DNA of 64,000 nucleotides. Source: Candidatus Cryptobacteroides sp. (GTDB lineage: Bacteria > Bacteroidota > Bacteroidia > Bacteroidales > UBA932). The position numbers and the translations under genes are program-made. Shown piece by piece: positions 39,386 to 49,917 of the stretch. Under the pieces are notes generated by a model. It worked only from the letters and a program-made list of their open reading frames with translations, was not told the origin of the DNA and did not search any database. Numbering within the stretch: position 1 is the stretch's first letter; every line of letters begins with the position of its first letter. The stretch spans positions 15,504 through 79,503 of the forward strand of contig JAZLKN010000042.1 in the NCBI GenBank assembly GCA_045597605.1, written 5' to 3'.

Positions 39386-40087
39386 ATGGACAGACATACG
39401 GCGGACAGGCTGCTGGACTGGGCGGAAAAATACAACAACATACGTTACTTCACCACCGATCCCATATCGTTCCCGCGCCGTTTTGCACAAGATATGGAAG
39501 ACGGCCGGGCCGTACTTCAGGATGTGGAGATTGCCGGATTGCTGGCCGCACACCTTGCCTGGGGCCGTAGGGAAATGATAGTCAGGGACTCCCGAAGGCT
39601 CTTCGACGAAATGAATTGGCACCCATACGAATACGTGATGGGCGGCAACTGGAAGAATGATTCCGTGAGCCTTCACAGGACCATAAAATGGAGTGAGATT
39701 GCCGCAATCTGTGAAAGATTGCGCGACATATACCGTCAGACAAGTTCGGTCGAGACGCTGACCGTCGCCGAAATCCGACGGGACATATTCGGCTCGCGAG
39801 ACGATGCCGAAGCCGCAAACAAGAAAATCAACATGTTCAGGCGCTGGATGGTCAGGGATGACGGAAAAGTGGACCTTGGTCTGTGGAAGCACAGTGACAA
39901 AGGAGCGTTGCTCATTCCGCTGGATGTGCACGTACACCGCAGTGCACTCGAACTCGGACTGACGACAAGGAAAGGTACGAATCTGAAAACAGTCGTCGAG
40001 ATAACCGACGCTTTCAGAGAGATCTTCCCCACAGACCCCTGCAAGGGGGATTTTGCTCTGTTCGGATACGGAATCGCAGGAAAATGA
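39386..40087 (+). CDS. TIGR02757/DUF2400 family protein
   Basis: DPISFP, EIAGLLAAHLAWG, KKINMFRRWMVR..DLGLW, IPLDVHV, DPCKGDFALFGYG. Confidence 0.92.
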   Translation: MDRHTADRLLDWAEKYNNIRYFTTDPISFPRRFAQDMEDGRAVLQDVEIAGLLAAHLAWGRREMIVRDSRRLFDEMNWHPYEYVMGGNWKNDSVSLHRTIKWSEIAAICERLRDIYRQTSSVETLTVAEIRRDIFGSRDDAEAANKKINMFRRWMVRDDGKVDLGLWKHSDKGALLIPLDVHVHRSALELGLTTRKGTNLKTVVEITDAFREIFPTDPCKGDFALFGYGIAGK

Positions 40088-41508
40088 GAGACGAAGGATA
40101 TTTTATGAACCTTTTCAAGGTGACGCGAAGGGATATGGAAACGGTGACCGCCGCAGCAATGTCCTGCGGGGCTTCCTATGCCGACCTGTATTTCGAGCAC
40201 ACCATATACCGCAACCTTATCCTCAGGGACGGAGAGGTGGGTTCAGGCGGTTTCCACATAGATTACGGCGTGGGTATCAGGGCATTGGACGGAGAGAGGA
40301 CAGGCTATTCATATTGTGAGACCACGAATATGCGGGAAATGCTCAAGGCTGCGAAGTCTGCTGCAGCTATAGGCGATGGCGGCAGAACGTCCGTATCGGT
40401 GTACTCCCCTACGGCCCATCACCGGCCAGCCAACGATTTCTACAGTTGTCCCATCGGGTGGGAGCACACCGACGTAAACTCCGTGTCGGGCTTTCTCAAG
40501 CGTCTGGAACAGGCCATAATTTCCAAGGATACGCGCATTTCCAAGGTGGCGGCATCCTTCTCGGCCTCACACAGCAGCGTAATGATGTTCAACAACTTGG
40601 GCGAACTGTGCACCGACACACGCCCGATGTGCAGCATTTCTGCCAGAATCGTTTTTTCGAATGGCAGGACAACTGACAGCCGCAGCACATCCAGAAGTTT
40701 CAGGAAAGGCCCTGAAATGCTCACGGACGGGCTTGCCGGGGAGATTGTCTCCGAACTGTGCGGGGGTATTGACAACTGTCTGGCGGCAGGCAGGCCGAAG
40801 GGTGGAAAAATGCCCGTTGTAATGGGAGCCGGAGCTTCCGGAATACTGCTGCACGAGGCTATGGGACATGCATTCGAGGCGGATTTCAACCGAAAGGGTC
40901 AGTCTGTATTCTGCGGAAAAATCGGCAGGCAGGTATGTTCTTCCAATATAAGCATAGTCGATGACGCCACTTGGGAATTCAACCGGGGAGCCTGCAATTT
41001 CGACGATGAAGGCGTTTCCGGGCAGAAAACATATATGGTGAAGGACGGCATACTTTCGTCCTACCTCCATGACAGGATAAGCGCCTCGCATTTCGGAGTA
41101 AGCCCCACAGGCAACGGCAGACGTGAGAGTTTCCGCTACTACCCTATTCCCAGGATGAGGCTGACATATATGGAGAACGGTGACTGCAGTGCTTCGGACA
41201 TCATTTCTTCAGTGAAAAAAGGCATATACGTGGATGATTTCACGGGCGGACAGGTGAACATAGGCCAGGGCGACTTCACCTTTTTCGTAAAATCGGGTTT
41301 CCTGATAGAGTCAGGTCGGCTGACAAGGCCGGTCAAGGATATCAACGTCATTGGAAACGGCCCCCGCGCCCTGGAGGATATCACGGCTGTGGGCAATGAC
41401 CTGAAGATAAGTGACGGCAGATGGACCTGCGGCAAAGACCAGAATGTGCCTGTGGGCTGTGGTATGCCGACGGTTCTTGTACGGGAACTGACTGTAGGAG
41501 GAGAATAG
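40084..41508 (+). CDS. tldD: TldD metalloprotease
   Basis: YADLYFE, GILLHEAMGHAFEAD, NGRRESF..PIPRMRLTY, CGKDQNVPVG.GMPT. Confidence 0.96.
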   Translation: MRDEGYFMNLFKVTRRDMETVTAAAMSCGASYADLYFEHTIYRNLILRDGEVGSGGFHIDYGVGIRALDGERTGYSYCETTNMREMLKAAKSAAAIGDGGRTSVSVYSPTAHHRPANDFYSCPIGWEHTDVNSVSGFLKRLEQAIISKDTRISKVAASFSASHSSVMMFNNLGELCTDTRPMCSISARIVFSNGRTTDSRSTSRSFRKGPEMLTDGLAGEIVSELCGGIDNCLAAGRPKGGKMPVVMGAGASGILLHEAMGHAFEADFNRKGQSVFCGKIGRQVCSSNISIVDDATWEFNRGACNFDDEGVSGQKTYMVKDGILSSYLHDRISASHFGVSPTGNGRRESFRYYPIPRMRLTYMENGDCSASDIISSVKKGIYVDDFTGGQVNIGQGDFTFFVKSGFLIESGRLTRPVKDINVIGNGPRALEDITAVGNDLKISDGRWTCGKDQNVPVGCGMPTVLVRELTVGGE

Positions 41509-41509
41509 T

Positions 41510-42874
41510 ATGGCGGCAAAGGGAATAATAGGTGAAGAGGAAAAGAGAATGGCCTCTCTGTGCATGGAAACCGCCCTCGGCAAAGGCGCTTCGGCAGTGC
41601 GCATCACGCTGGAAAAGACGGTACAGAACAGCATCAGTGTGCTTGACGGCCGTGTTGACAGGATTTCCTGCAGCAGGGACAGATCGCTGTACGCAAGCTT
41701 GTTTGTGGACGGAGCCTACGGGCATTTCAGCACGAACAGGCTTGAGAGAGAATCCCTCGAATCCTTCATATCAGAGGCCATAGAACACGTGAGGCTTCTG
41801 GCAAAAGACCCTTGCAGGACACTTCCGGAGAAGGAATCCAAGGCATACGGCTGCAGCGAGGGGGACGAGCTCGGCCTCTATGATGCCTCTTTCGATACGC
41901 TCAGCCAGAGTGAAAGGATGGATATGGCCCTCAAAGCTGCACGCAACACGGGAACGGTACCGGCAGGATGCACTCTGGAGACGGTGGAAGCCGAATACTC
42001 CGATTCCTGTGAAGACGAATATATGACGGACTCCGACGGATTCGAAGGCCGTCATATCGAGACTTCCTTCGGATTCTGTGCCGAAGCGACCGTGAAGGAC
42101 AGCCGGGAAAACAGATATTCCGGGTACTGGTGGGATTCGTCGCCATCCCTTGCCTCTCTGGACATAAGCGGCGTAACGGCAGAGGCCATACAGCGCGCTG
42201 CAGGCAAGATTGCACCCTCCCCTATCCGGTCCGGCAGATACAGCATAGTGGTCGACCCTTCCTGTGCCAGCCGTCTGGTATCTCCCATAATCCAGGCTCT
42301 CAGCGCCGAAAACATACAGCAGAACAATTCCTTTCTGAAAGACAGTCCGGGCCGGAAAGTTTTTTCCGAATATCTTACGGTCAAGGACATTGCCGTGGAG
42401 AAATACCGCGCCGGGAGCAGGCTGTACGACAGCGAGGGAACGGCGACGGCCAACAGGACCGTGATAGACAGAGGCGTGGTAAATATGTTTTTCGCCAACA
42501 CGCATATGGCGGCGAAAACGGGTATGAAACATACGGTCGACAACATGTCGCGGGCCTGTGTGGAACCTTTCATTTGGAATTGCCGCAAAAAAGAGATAAA
42601 TTTGAAAGATATTATGTCTTCCCTGCGGGATGGAGTGTATGTCACCGGCTTCAATGGAGGCAACTGCAATGAAGGTACCGGCGATTTCTCCTTCGGAATA
42701 GAAGGGGTGCTGTTCAAGGACGGTCATCCCGTTCATCCGGTCAGTGAAGTCATAATGACAGGGAATATGCTCGGGCTGTGGAACTCGGTTGTAGCGGCGG
42801 GCAGCGACCCCAGAAAATGTACCAGATGGCAAATCCCGTCCCTTGCCTTCCGCGATGTTGAACTTGATGCATAA
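41510..42874 (+). CDS. pmbA: PmbA/TldE subunit
   Basis: Follows tldD; SRLYDSEG, GDFSFGIEG, IMTGN; lacks the HExxxH motif. Confidence 0.92.
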   Translation: MAAKGIIGEEEKRMASLCMETALGKGASAVRITLEKTVQNSISVLDGRVDRISCSRDRSLYASLFVDGAYGHFSTNRLERESLESFISEAIEHVRLLAKDPCRTLPEKESKAYGCSEGDELGLYDASFDTLSQSERMDMALKAARNTGTVPAGCTLETVEAEYSDSCEDEYMTDSDGFEGRHIETSFGFCAEATVKDSRENRYSGYWWDSSPSLASLDISGVTAEAIQRAAGKIAPSPIRSGRYSIVVDPSCASRLVSPIIQALSAENIQQNNSFLKDSPGRKVFSEYLTVKDIAVEKYRAGSRLYDSEGTATANRTVIDRGVVNMFFANTHMAAKTGMKHTVDNMSRACVEPFIWNCRKKEINLKDIMSSLRDGVYVTGFNGGNCNEGTGDFSFGIEGVLFKDGHPVHPVSEVIMTGNMLGLWNSVVAAGSDPRKCTRWQIPSLAFRDVELDA

Positions 42875-42887
42875 AACTGGCATTATA

Positions 42888-43496
42888 ATGAAAATTGAAG
42901 ACAAAAAAGTTGTAGCTCTCATATACGAGCTCAAGGTAAACGGAGAAATCGTTGACAAGACCACAAGGGAAAAGCCTCTGGACTTCATTCAGGGTATGGG
43001 ATACCTGCTTCCCCTGTTCGAAAAGAACATAGAGGGAAAGGAACCCGGCGACAAGTTCGCCTTCACGCTCGAGCCCAAGGACGGCTACGGAGTATGGGAG
43101 GAAGACAGGGTGATAGACCTTCCCAAGCAGGCATTCGAGGTCGACGGGCAGATGCGCGAGGACCTTATGGTTGTGGGCAACACCATTCCCCTCGTCAACC
43201 AGATGGGCGGTGTCGTTCCGGGCAAGATTCTGGAAATCGGTGAACAGAGCGTAAAGATAGACATCAACCATCCTATGGCAGGCAAGACACTTGACTTCAG
43301 CGGAGAAATCGTGACGGTCAGGGACGCCACGGAAAAAGAACTTTCTGAGGGTCTGCACGGCGAATTCGCCCAACACCACGAGTGCAGATGCGGAGGCGGC
43401 TGCCATGATTGCGGAGGCGACTGCGACGGCGAATGCAAGGAAGAGGGAGAATCCTGCTCAAAGGACGAATGCAAGGGAGGTTGCCATAAAAAGTAA
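42888..43496 (+). CDS. slyD: FKBP-type peptidyl-prolyl isomerase SlyD
   Basis: PLDFIQG.G.LLP, FAFTLEP.DGYG, DINHPMAGKTLDF; Cys/His-rich C-terminal tail. Confidence 0.95.
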   Translation: MKIEDKKVVALIYELKVNGEIVDKTTREKPLDFIQGMGYLLPLFEKNIEGKEPGDKFAFTLEPKDGYGVWEEDRVIDLPKQAFEVDGQMREDLMVVGNTIPLVNQMGGVVPGKILEIGEQSVKIDINHPMAGKTLDFSGEIVTVRDATEKELSEGLHGEFAQHHECRCGGGCHDCGGDCDGECKEEGESCSKDECKGGCHKK

Positions 43497-43502
43497 TAAG
43501 CA

Positions 43503-44762
43503 TTGACAACTGACATCGTCATACTCAACTGGAACGGAAGGAACTTTCTGGAAAAGTACCTTCCTTCGGTTTGCACGACTGTGTCAGGTCTTGACGGAGT
43601 AAGGGTTGTCGTCGCTGACAACGGTTCAGATGACGGCTCCGAAGAATTCGTACGCGGCACGTTCCCGAATGTAGAATTCCTTCCTCTCGGCAGAAATTAT
43701 GGCTTTGCAGAGGGTTATAACAGGGCTTTAAACAAATTGGAGGCCGATTGTTTCCTGCTTCTGAACAGCGATGTCGAAGTCAGTGAAGGCTGGCTCTCCC
43801 ATCTCCTGGAGTGGATGGAGCTGCACCCGGAATGCGGGATATGCGGCCCCAAGATTCACAGGATTGATGACAGGGACAGTTTCGAATACGCGGGTGCGGC
43901 CGGCGGCCTGATAGACAGGTACGGCTATCCTTTCTGCCGCGGGCGCGTGCTCGGGCATCTGGAGAAGGACACAGGACAATACGACATTCCGGCCGATGTC
44001 CTATGGGTAAGCGGTGCGGCCCTTATGATACGCAGTAGCGTATTCTTTACGCTTGGCGGCTTCTGCCGCAGATTCTTCGCCCATATGGAAGAGATAGACC
44101 TGTGCTGGCGGGCCAGATTGGAGGGATGGAAAGTGACCGTCGTGCCACGCAGCACCGTATATCACCTCGGAGGAGGCTCACTGCCTCAGGATTCCCCCTA
44201 CAAGCTCTTTCTCAACTACAGGAACAATCTGCTTATGATGGCCCGCTGTCTGCCGAAGACATACGCCGTGGCATACGCATTCAATCTTACCGGAAAGTTC
44301 GCAAGCCCTGATGAAGGTCCGGACATGCTGCGCAACTGTTCGGATTTCTTCAATGAAAATGACAAGACATTCCGGAAAGATCTCGCCGATGCCATCGCCA
44401 GGCTGGGAATAAGGAAAGCGGAGCATACCGTTTTCAAGCGCATGTTGCTCGATGCCGTCGCCGCCGTGGTCTATCTCGTGCAGGGGAAAACCGAATGCTT
44501 CAAGGCCGTGCGGAACGCCCATCGCGAATTCAGACATATGAGGGAGACTGCGGACAGGAAAAAATTGCGTCAGTACATACAGTCCATATTGGACGGAGGT
44601 CGTCTTGACATAGCGGGAATTCTGTTGACAGACGAGCCGGGCACCGGCAACCAGATGGCCGGGACCTTCGGACTCAGGTCAATGTGGAACAGGTGGACGG
44701 TATGGGCAAACTTCAGAAAAATAGACTCGATATTCGAATATATCAAAGATACAGTGGTATGA
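43503..44762 (+). CDS. Family 2 glycosyltransferase
   Basis: IVILNWNG, VVADNGSDDGS, NYGFAEGYN, LLNSDVE, WVSGAAL, HMEEIDLCWR; TTG start. Confidence 0.93.
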   Translation: MTTDIVILNWNGRNFLEKYLPSVCTTVSGLDGVRVVVADNGSDDGSEEFVRGTFPNVEFLPLGRNYGFAEGYNRALNKLEADCFLLLNSDVEVSEGWLSHLLEWMELHPECGICGPKIHRIDDRDSFEYAGAAGGLIDRYGYPFCRGRVLGHLEKDTGQYDIPADVLWVSGAALMIRSSVFFTLGGFCRRFFAHMEEIDLCWRARLEGWKVTVVPRSTVYHLGGGSLPQDSPYKLFLNYRNNLLMMARCLPKTYAVAYAFNLTGKFASPDEGPDMLRNCSDFFNENDKTFRKDLADAIARLGIRKAEHTVFKRMLLDAVAAVVYLVQGKTECFKAVRNAHREFRHMRETADRKKLRQYIQSILDGGRLDIAGILLTDEPGTGNQMAGTFGLRSMWNRWTVWANFRKIDSIFEYIKDTVV

Positions 44763-46120
44763 AAATAATTATTGCCGGAGCGGGAGAAGTTGGCGCGCAC
44801 CTGGCCAAGATGCTGAGTGGCGGAGCACACGACATAACAGTAATCGACACGGATTCCGTAAGGCTTCAGGCGTTGTCCGCGACGGCGGACATAATAGCCG
44901 TGGAGGGCAATCCCGTCTCAATAGAAGTGCTGAAACAGGCTGAAGCCGACAAGGCGGACCTGTTCATTGCGGTATATCCTTCCAGTTCGCAGAACGTCAA
45001 TATCGTTTCCGCCCTGCTGGCAAAGAAGATGGGCAGCAAGAAGGTGACCGCACGCATCAACAACGAGGAATATCTGTCGTATGACAACCGCTATCTTTTC
45101 ACGGAAATGGGAATAGACCTGCTGTTCTACCCGGAAAAGATTGCTGCTGGCGAGATTCTGGATCTGCTCACGCACACGGCAGCTACCGACTCAATGGATT
45201 TCGGCCGTGGAAAACTGCAGATGGCCGTTTTCAAACTTGTAGACGATTCCCCCGTCATCGGTCTTACACTTCAGGAGTTCGCACAGAACGCCGCTCCTAC
45301 GGACAATCTTCAGTTCAGAGTAGTCGCGATTTCCCGCAACGACGAGACCTTCATCCCGAAGTCCGAAACCAAATTCAAATACAATGACCTGCTGTTCATA
45401 ATAGCCAAACGCGAAGGAATTGACCCTCTGATGCAGTTTGTTGGCAAGAGCAATATCGCTGTTAAGAGCGTTATGATAATGGGAGGCAGTCCCATAGGGG
45501 AAATGGTTGCAAAGTCGCTCCACGAAAGGGGCTTCACAGTGAAAATCATTGATAATGACAAGGAGCGCTGCACCCAGCTTGCTGAATCACTGCCCGATGA
45601 CGTTATGATCATCAATGGGGACGCACGCGATTCGGACCTTCTCGTGGATGAAAATATCCGCGATTTCGATGCATTCGTAGCCCTCACGAAGAGTTCTGAA
45701 GCCAATATTCTCGCCTGTGTTGCAGCCAAGAAAATGGGAATGGGACGCACCATAGCCCAGGTGGAGAATCTGGAATACATCTCCCTTGCCGAAGGGATGG
45801 GTGTGGATGCGATAATCAACAAGAAACTGATTACCGCCGGCAGGATATTCAAGTTCACCCTTTCCGACAAAGTACGTTTCGTGAAATATATGAGCGGGAC
45901 CAACGCGGAGGTTATAGAATTCATCGTGGCTCCCGACAGCAAGATTACCAAGGCAGCACTGAAAGACCTTGATTTTCCCGCAAACGCAATAATAGGAGGC
46001 GTGATACGCGGCGGCGATTCATTCATAGCAGTCGGAAACACCAAGATTCAGGCATACGACCGCGTGGCCGTTTTCGCTATGCCGGATTCTGTAAAAGAGG
46101 TTGACAAATGGTTTAAATAG
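44759..46120 (+). CDS. trkA: Trk potassium uptake NAD-binding subunit
   Basis: MKIIIAGAGEVG, second RCK domain IMGGSPIG, IGGVIRG..GNTKIQAYDRV. Confidence 0.96.
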   Translation: MKIIIAGAGEVGAHLAKMLSGGAHDITVIDTDSVRLQALSATADIIAVEGNPVSIEVLKQAEADKADLFIAVYPSSSQNVNIVSALLAKKMGSKKVTARINNEEYLSYDNRYLFTEMGIDLLFYPEKIAAGEILDLLTHTAATDSMDFGRGKLQMAVFKLVDDSPVIGLTLQEFAQNAAPTDNLQFRVVAISRNDETFIPKSETKFKYNDLLFIIAKREGIDPLMQFVGKSNIAVKSVMIMGGSPIGEMVAKSLHERGFTVKIIDNDKERCTQLAESLPDDVMIINGDARDSDLLVDENIRDFDAFVALTKSSEANILACVAAKKMGMGRTIAQVENLEYISLAEGMGVDAIINKKLITAGRIFKFTLSDKVRFVKYMSGTNAEVIEFIVAPDSKITKAALKDLDFPANAIIGGVIRGGDSFIAVGNTKIQAYDRVAVFAMPDSVKEVDKWFK

Positions 46121-46133
46121 AACACTTTACAAT

Positions 46134-47804
46134 ATGGAAAACAATTACAGACAGACAGCCGGAAGCTGGCTTACAGGCAATTTCGACGCACAGACAAAGG
46201 AAGAAGTCAAAAAATTGATGGAAGGTGACCCCGTAGCGTTGGAGGACGCATTCTACCGCAATCTCGAGTTCGGAACGGGCGGACTGCGCGGAGTGATGGG
46301 AGTAGGTACCAACCGGATGAACAAATATGTCGTCGGAATGGCCACCCAAGGGCTTGCGAACTACATCAGGAAGAACGTTGAACGCCAGGAACTTTCAGTA
46401 TGCATTTCCTTCGACTCGCGCAATCACAGTGAGGAATTCGCCAAAATATCCGCCGAAATTCTCGCAGCCAACGGCCTTGACGTTTACCTTTTCGAATCCT
46501 TGCGTCCCACCCCGGAACTCAGCTACTCAATCAGGAGCACGCACAGCATAGCAGGAATCATGGTGACAGCATCCCACAATCCCGCTGAATACAACGGTTA
46601 CAAGGTATTCTGGGAAGACGGCGGGCAGATAACCTCTCCCGTGGACAAGGACGTCGTTGCGGAAGTGAACAAAATTACAGACCCTTCTCTAATACTGTAC
46701 AAGGCTCCGGAAGGCTCACGTCAGGGCAAGATTACGATTATGGGCAAGGAGATGGACGAAAAATATTTGGGCGACATCCTCTCGCTCACTCTTTCCCCCG
46801 AAGCGTGCGAGGCTCACAGCGACATAAAATTCGTTTACACCCCTCTCCACGGCACAGGCGTGCATCTTGTTCCCGAATGTCTCAAGAGGCTCGGCTTCAA
46901 GAACGTTTATCACGTACCCGAGCAGGACGTCAATGACGGCAACTTCCCCACTGTCGTCTCCCCCAACCCCGAAGAGGCTTCAGCCTTGAAGATGGCGCTG
47001 GAGGTAGCGGAAAGGGAGAATGCCGACATTGTACTGGCAACTGACCCCGATGCCGACCGCATGGGTATAGCCGTGCGCGACAATGAAGGCAGAATGATAT
47101 TGCTCAACGGCAACCAGACGGCATCCATCCTTACATATTATATACTCACCCGCTGGAAGGAACTTGGCAAACTCAACGGTAAACAATATATTGTAAAGAC
47201 CATCGTGACTTCCGAGCTCCTGCGCGAGATTGCGGAAAGCTTCGGTGTCAAGTGTTATAATGTGCTCACTGGTTTCAAATACATCGCGGAGGTCGTGCTC
47301 AAGAACGAAGGCAAGGCTGAGTTCATCTGCGGAGGCGAAGAAAGCTACGGTTTCAACGTGGGCGAATTCGTAAGGGACAAAGACGCCCCGGTTGCCTGCT
47401 CGATGCTGACCGAATGTGCAGCATGGGCCGCAACAAAGGGCAAATCCCTCTATCAGTTGCTTCAGGACATATATGCGGAATACGGATATCGCAAGGAAGC
47501 CCTCGCCTCAGTAGTTCGCAAAGGCAAGACAGGTGCGGAAGAGATAGAAAAGATAATGTCAGACCTCAGAAGCAACGCCCCGAAAGAACTTGCCGGCAGA
47601 AAAGTCGTCAGGACTGTGGATTATCTCGAGACTGAAAAGACTGGCCTTCCGAAGAGCAATGTGCTCCAGTTCTTCAGCGCAGAAGGAGATGTCGTCACCG
47701 TACGTCCTTCAGGAACTGAACCTAAGATCAAGTTCTATTTCGGAGCCAAGGGCAGCGATGCTGACGCTAAAATAGCCCGCCTCAAAGAACAGTTTACGAT
47801 ATGA
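46134..47804 (+). CDS. pgm: Phosphoglucomutase/phosphomannomutase family enzyme
   Basis: FGTGGLRG, TASHNP, DPDADR, GEESYG, RPSGTEPKIKFY. Confidence 0.95.
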   Translation: MENNYRQTAGSWLTGNFDAQTKEEVKKLMEGDPVALEDAFYRNLEFGTGGLRGVMGVGTNRMNKYVVGMATQGLANYIRKNVERQELSVCISFDSRNHSEEFAKISAEILAANGLDVYLFESLRPTPELSYSIRSTHSIAGIMVTASHNPAEYNGYKVFWEDGGQITSPVDKDVVAEVNKITDPSLILYKAPEGSRQGKITIMGKEMDEKYLGDILSLTLSPEACEAHSDIKFVYTPLHGTGVHLVPECLKRLGFKNVYHVPEQDVNDGNFPTVVSPNPEEASALKMALEVAERENADIVLATDPDADRMGIAVRDNEGRMILLNGNQTASILTYYILTRWKELGKLNGKQYIVKTIVTSELLREIAESFGVKCYNVLTGFKYIAEVVLKNEGKAEFICGGEESYGFNVGEFVRDKDAPVACSMLTECAAWAATKGKSLYQLLQDIYAEYGYRKEALASVVRKGKTGAEEIEKIMSDLRSNAPKELAGRKVVRTVDYLETEKTGLPKSNVLQFFSAEGDVVTVRPSGTEPKIKFYFGAKGSDADAKIARLKEQFTI

Positions 47805-49866
47805 CGCTGTAGTCGCACTGAGCATACTTCCCGGAGCGCAGTGCGGCCAGCAGCAATTCATTTGCAGGATTGGACAGCTGGGGATCCCTCTCCAGTATTC
47901 TTGACGCATAATCCCTTGCTTCAGAAAGGAGCACGCCGTCGCGTGCAATGGACGCGATGCGCAGGTCTATGGGCAGTCCGCTCTGCTGGGTGCCTTCGAG
48001 GTCACCGGGGCCCCTGAGCTTCATATCCTCCTCGGCCAGCTCGAAACCGTTGTCGGTAGAGCACATGAGTTCTATGCGGCGCTTGCTCTCTTTGGACAGT
48101 TTGAAATCCGTCATCAATATGCAATAGGATTGTTCGGATCCCCTGCCGACACGGCCTCGCAACTGGTGAAGCTGTGCAAGTCCGAAACGTTCCGCACTCT
48201 CGATTACCATCACACTCGCATTCGGAACATCCACACCCACTTCGATTACACTGGTAGCGACCATTATGTCGGCACGCCCGGCGACAAAGGCATCCATATT
48301 GAACGTCTTGTCCTGAACAGGCTGTTGTCCGTGTACTATTGCTGTCCTGAAGGGAGGATATGGAAAAGCGGAAACTATCTGTTCATACCCCATCTCCAGA
48401 TTCTTGTAATCCATCTTTTCGCTCTCGAATATGAGTGGATATACCACGAATATCTGTCGTCCCGCCGCTATCTGCTCCTTCATGAACTTGAATACGGCCG
48501 GACGTTTGCCCTCATAGCAGTGTATGGTTTTGATGGGAGTTCTGCCCGGGGGCATTTCATCGAGTACTGACACATCAAGGTCACCGTAAAGGGTCATCGC
48601 GAGTGTTCTGGGTATAGGAGTGGCTGTCATTACCAGCACGTGGGGAACAAATCCGTCTGAACGTTTCTGCCAAAGTCTGGCCCTCTGGTCCACTCCGAAG
48701 CGGTGCTGTTCGTCAATCACCGCAAAGCCAAGATTGTTGAAACGAACGTCATCTTCAATCAGAGCGTGTGTACCCACGATTATTCCTATGGAACCGTCCT
48801 CAAGTCCCTCGTGTATGGAGCGCCTTTCCGCTGCCTTGGTGGAACCGGTCAACAAAGCGCAGGAGACTCCCGTAGGTCCAAGATAACGCGATATGTTTCT
48901 GTAATGTTGCTGGGCCAATACCTCGGTGGGAGCCATTATACAGGCCTGATAGCCGTTCCCGCAGGCTATGAGCGAAGACAGGACGGCGACCATCGTCTTT
49001 CCGCTACCCACGTCTCCCTGAAGCAGACGGTTCATCTGCCGGCCGCTCTGCATATCGGTGCGTATCTCCTTTATCACACGTTTCTGAGCACCGGTAAGTT
49101 CGTATGGCAGAGCCTTGTAGCAATCATTGAACGCCTTCCCAACCGCTGTCATTTTCAATCCGTTGGACGAGCGCATGCGAACGAACTTTGCCTTCAGCAG
49201 GGACAACTGCAGCAGGAAGAGTTCCTCGAATTTGAGTCTTCTCTGAGCTTTCACAAGGGCATCGGTCGATTGAGGGAAATGTATGTTGCGCAGGGCAAAC
49301 TGCACAGGGACAAGTCTGCGTCCCTTAATGACGTAATCCGGCAGAGTTTCCTGCATCTGCGGAAGGGCCAGGTTCAGGGCGCCCTCCATTATCCTGTTCA
49401 TCACCTTGCCGGTAATTCCGGCATTCTTGAGCTTTTCCGTGGAAGGATATACGCCGGTCATCGAACCGCTGCGTCCCTCATCGGAAGGAGCGTCGATTTC
49501 CGGGTGCACGATGTTAACCGTGGAATTGAAAACCGATGGTTTGCCGAAGAAAATGAACTCGGCTCCGGGTTGAAGCTTTGCGGACACATACTTGATACCT
49601 TTGAAAAACACCAGTTCCATTCGTCCGGAACCGTCTTCAACCCATACGCTCAGACGCTTGGGCTTTTCTTCGCGGCTCACTACCCTGGCCTTTATCTGCA
49701 CGTAGGCGGCATCCGGCACAATATCGGCAATGCGGACTATTGTGCTACGGTCTATGTAGCGTGTAGGAAAAAAATGAATCAGGTCATCTATGGTAGCGAT
49801 GCCCAGTTCGCTGCTCAGCAGCGCCGCACGCTTTGCCCCGACACCCTTCAGGTACTGAATATCCAT
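47794..49866 (-). CDS. recG: ATP-dependent DNA helicase RecG
   Basis: MDIQYLKGVG, QGDVGSGKT, MAPTEVLAQQH, IDEQHRFGV, MTATPIPRTL, QLRGRVGRG; start placed at ATG 49866. Confidence 0.97.
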   Translation of the reverse strand: MDIQYLKGVGAKRAALLSSELGIATIDDLIHFFPTRYIDRSTIVRIADIVPDAAYVQIKARVVSREEKPKRLSVWVEDGSGRMELVFFKGIKYVSAKLQPGAEFIFFGKPSVFNSTVNIVHPEIDAPSDEGRSGSMTGVYPSTEKLKNAGITGKVMNRIMEGALNLALPQMQETLPDYVIKGRRLVPVQFALRNIHFPQSTDALVKAQRRLKFEELFLLQLSLLKAKFVRMRSSNGLKMTAVGKAFNDCYKALPYELTGAQKRVIKEIRTDMQSGRQMNRLLQGDVGSGKTMVAVLSSLIACGNGYQACIMAPTEVLAQQHYRNISRYLGPTGVSCALLTGSTKAAERRSIHEGLEDGSIGIIVGTHALIEDDVRFNNLGFAVIDEQHRFGVDQRARLWQKRSDGFVPHVLVMTATPIPRTLAMTLYGDLDVSVLDEMPPGRTPIKTIHCYEGKRPAVFKFMKEQIAAGRQIFVVYPLIFESEKMDYKNLEMGYEQIVSAFPYPPFRTAIVHGQQPVQDKTFNMDAFVAGRADIMVATSVIEVGVDVPNASVMVIESAERFGLAQLHQLRGRVGRGSEQSYCILMTDFKLSKESKRRIELMCSTDNGFELAEEDMKLRGPGDLEGTQQSGLPIDLRIASIARDGVLLSEARDYASRILERDPQLSNPANELLLAALRSGKYAQCDYSVIS

Positions 49867-49871
49867 AGACG

Positions 49872-49898
49872 CAAATATAACAAAAATTGCTATCTTTG
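49872..49898. promoter_or_regulatory. Back-to-back Bacteroidetes -7 promoter elements (recG / pdxA)
   Basis: TATATTTG on minus (49872-49879) and TATCTTTG on plus (49891-49898), both matching TAnnTTTG. Confidence 0.7.
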
Positions 49899-49917
49899 CA
49901 CATATAACTGTAATGCA

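Noticed and set aside
39314-39937. N-terminal extension of the 38537-39937 ORF
   Set aside because: It is antisense to the TIGR02757 gene; a -7 promoter and ATG at 39313 give a coherent membrane protein.
34453-42874. RiPP cluster made of the small peptide, glutaminyl cyclase and TldD/PmbA
   Set aside because: There is no lasso cyclase, RRE, YcaO, radical-SAM maturase or exporter. The genes lie in different operons and have ordinary housekeeping explanations.
42052-43660. Numerous 60-250 aa alternative-frame ORFs across the window (example region given)
   Set aside because: They overlap well-supported genes in other frames or strands and lack motifs, promoters or typical codon usage.
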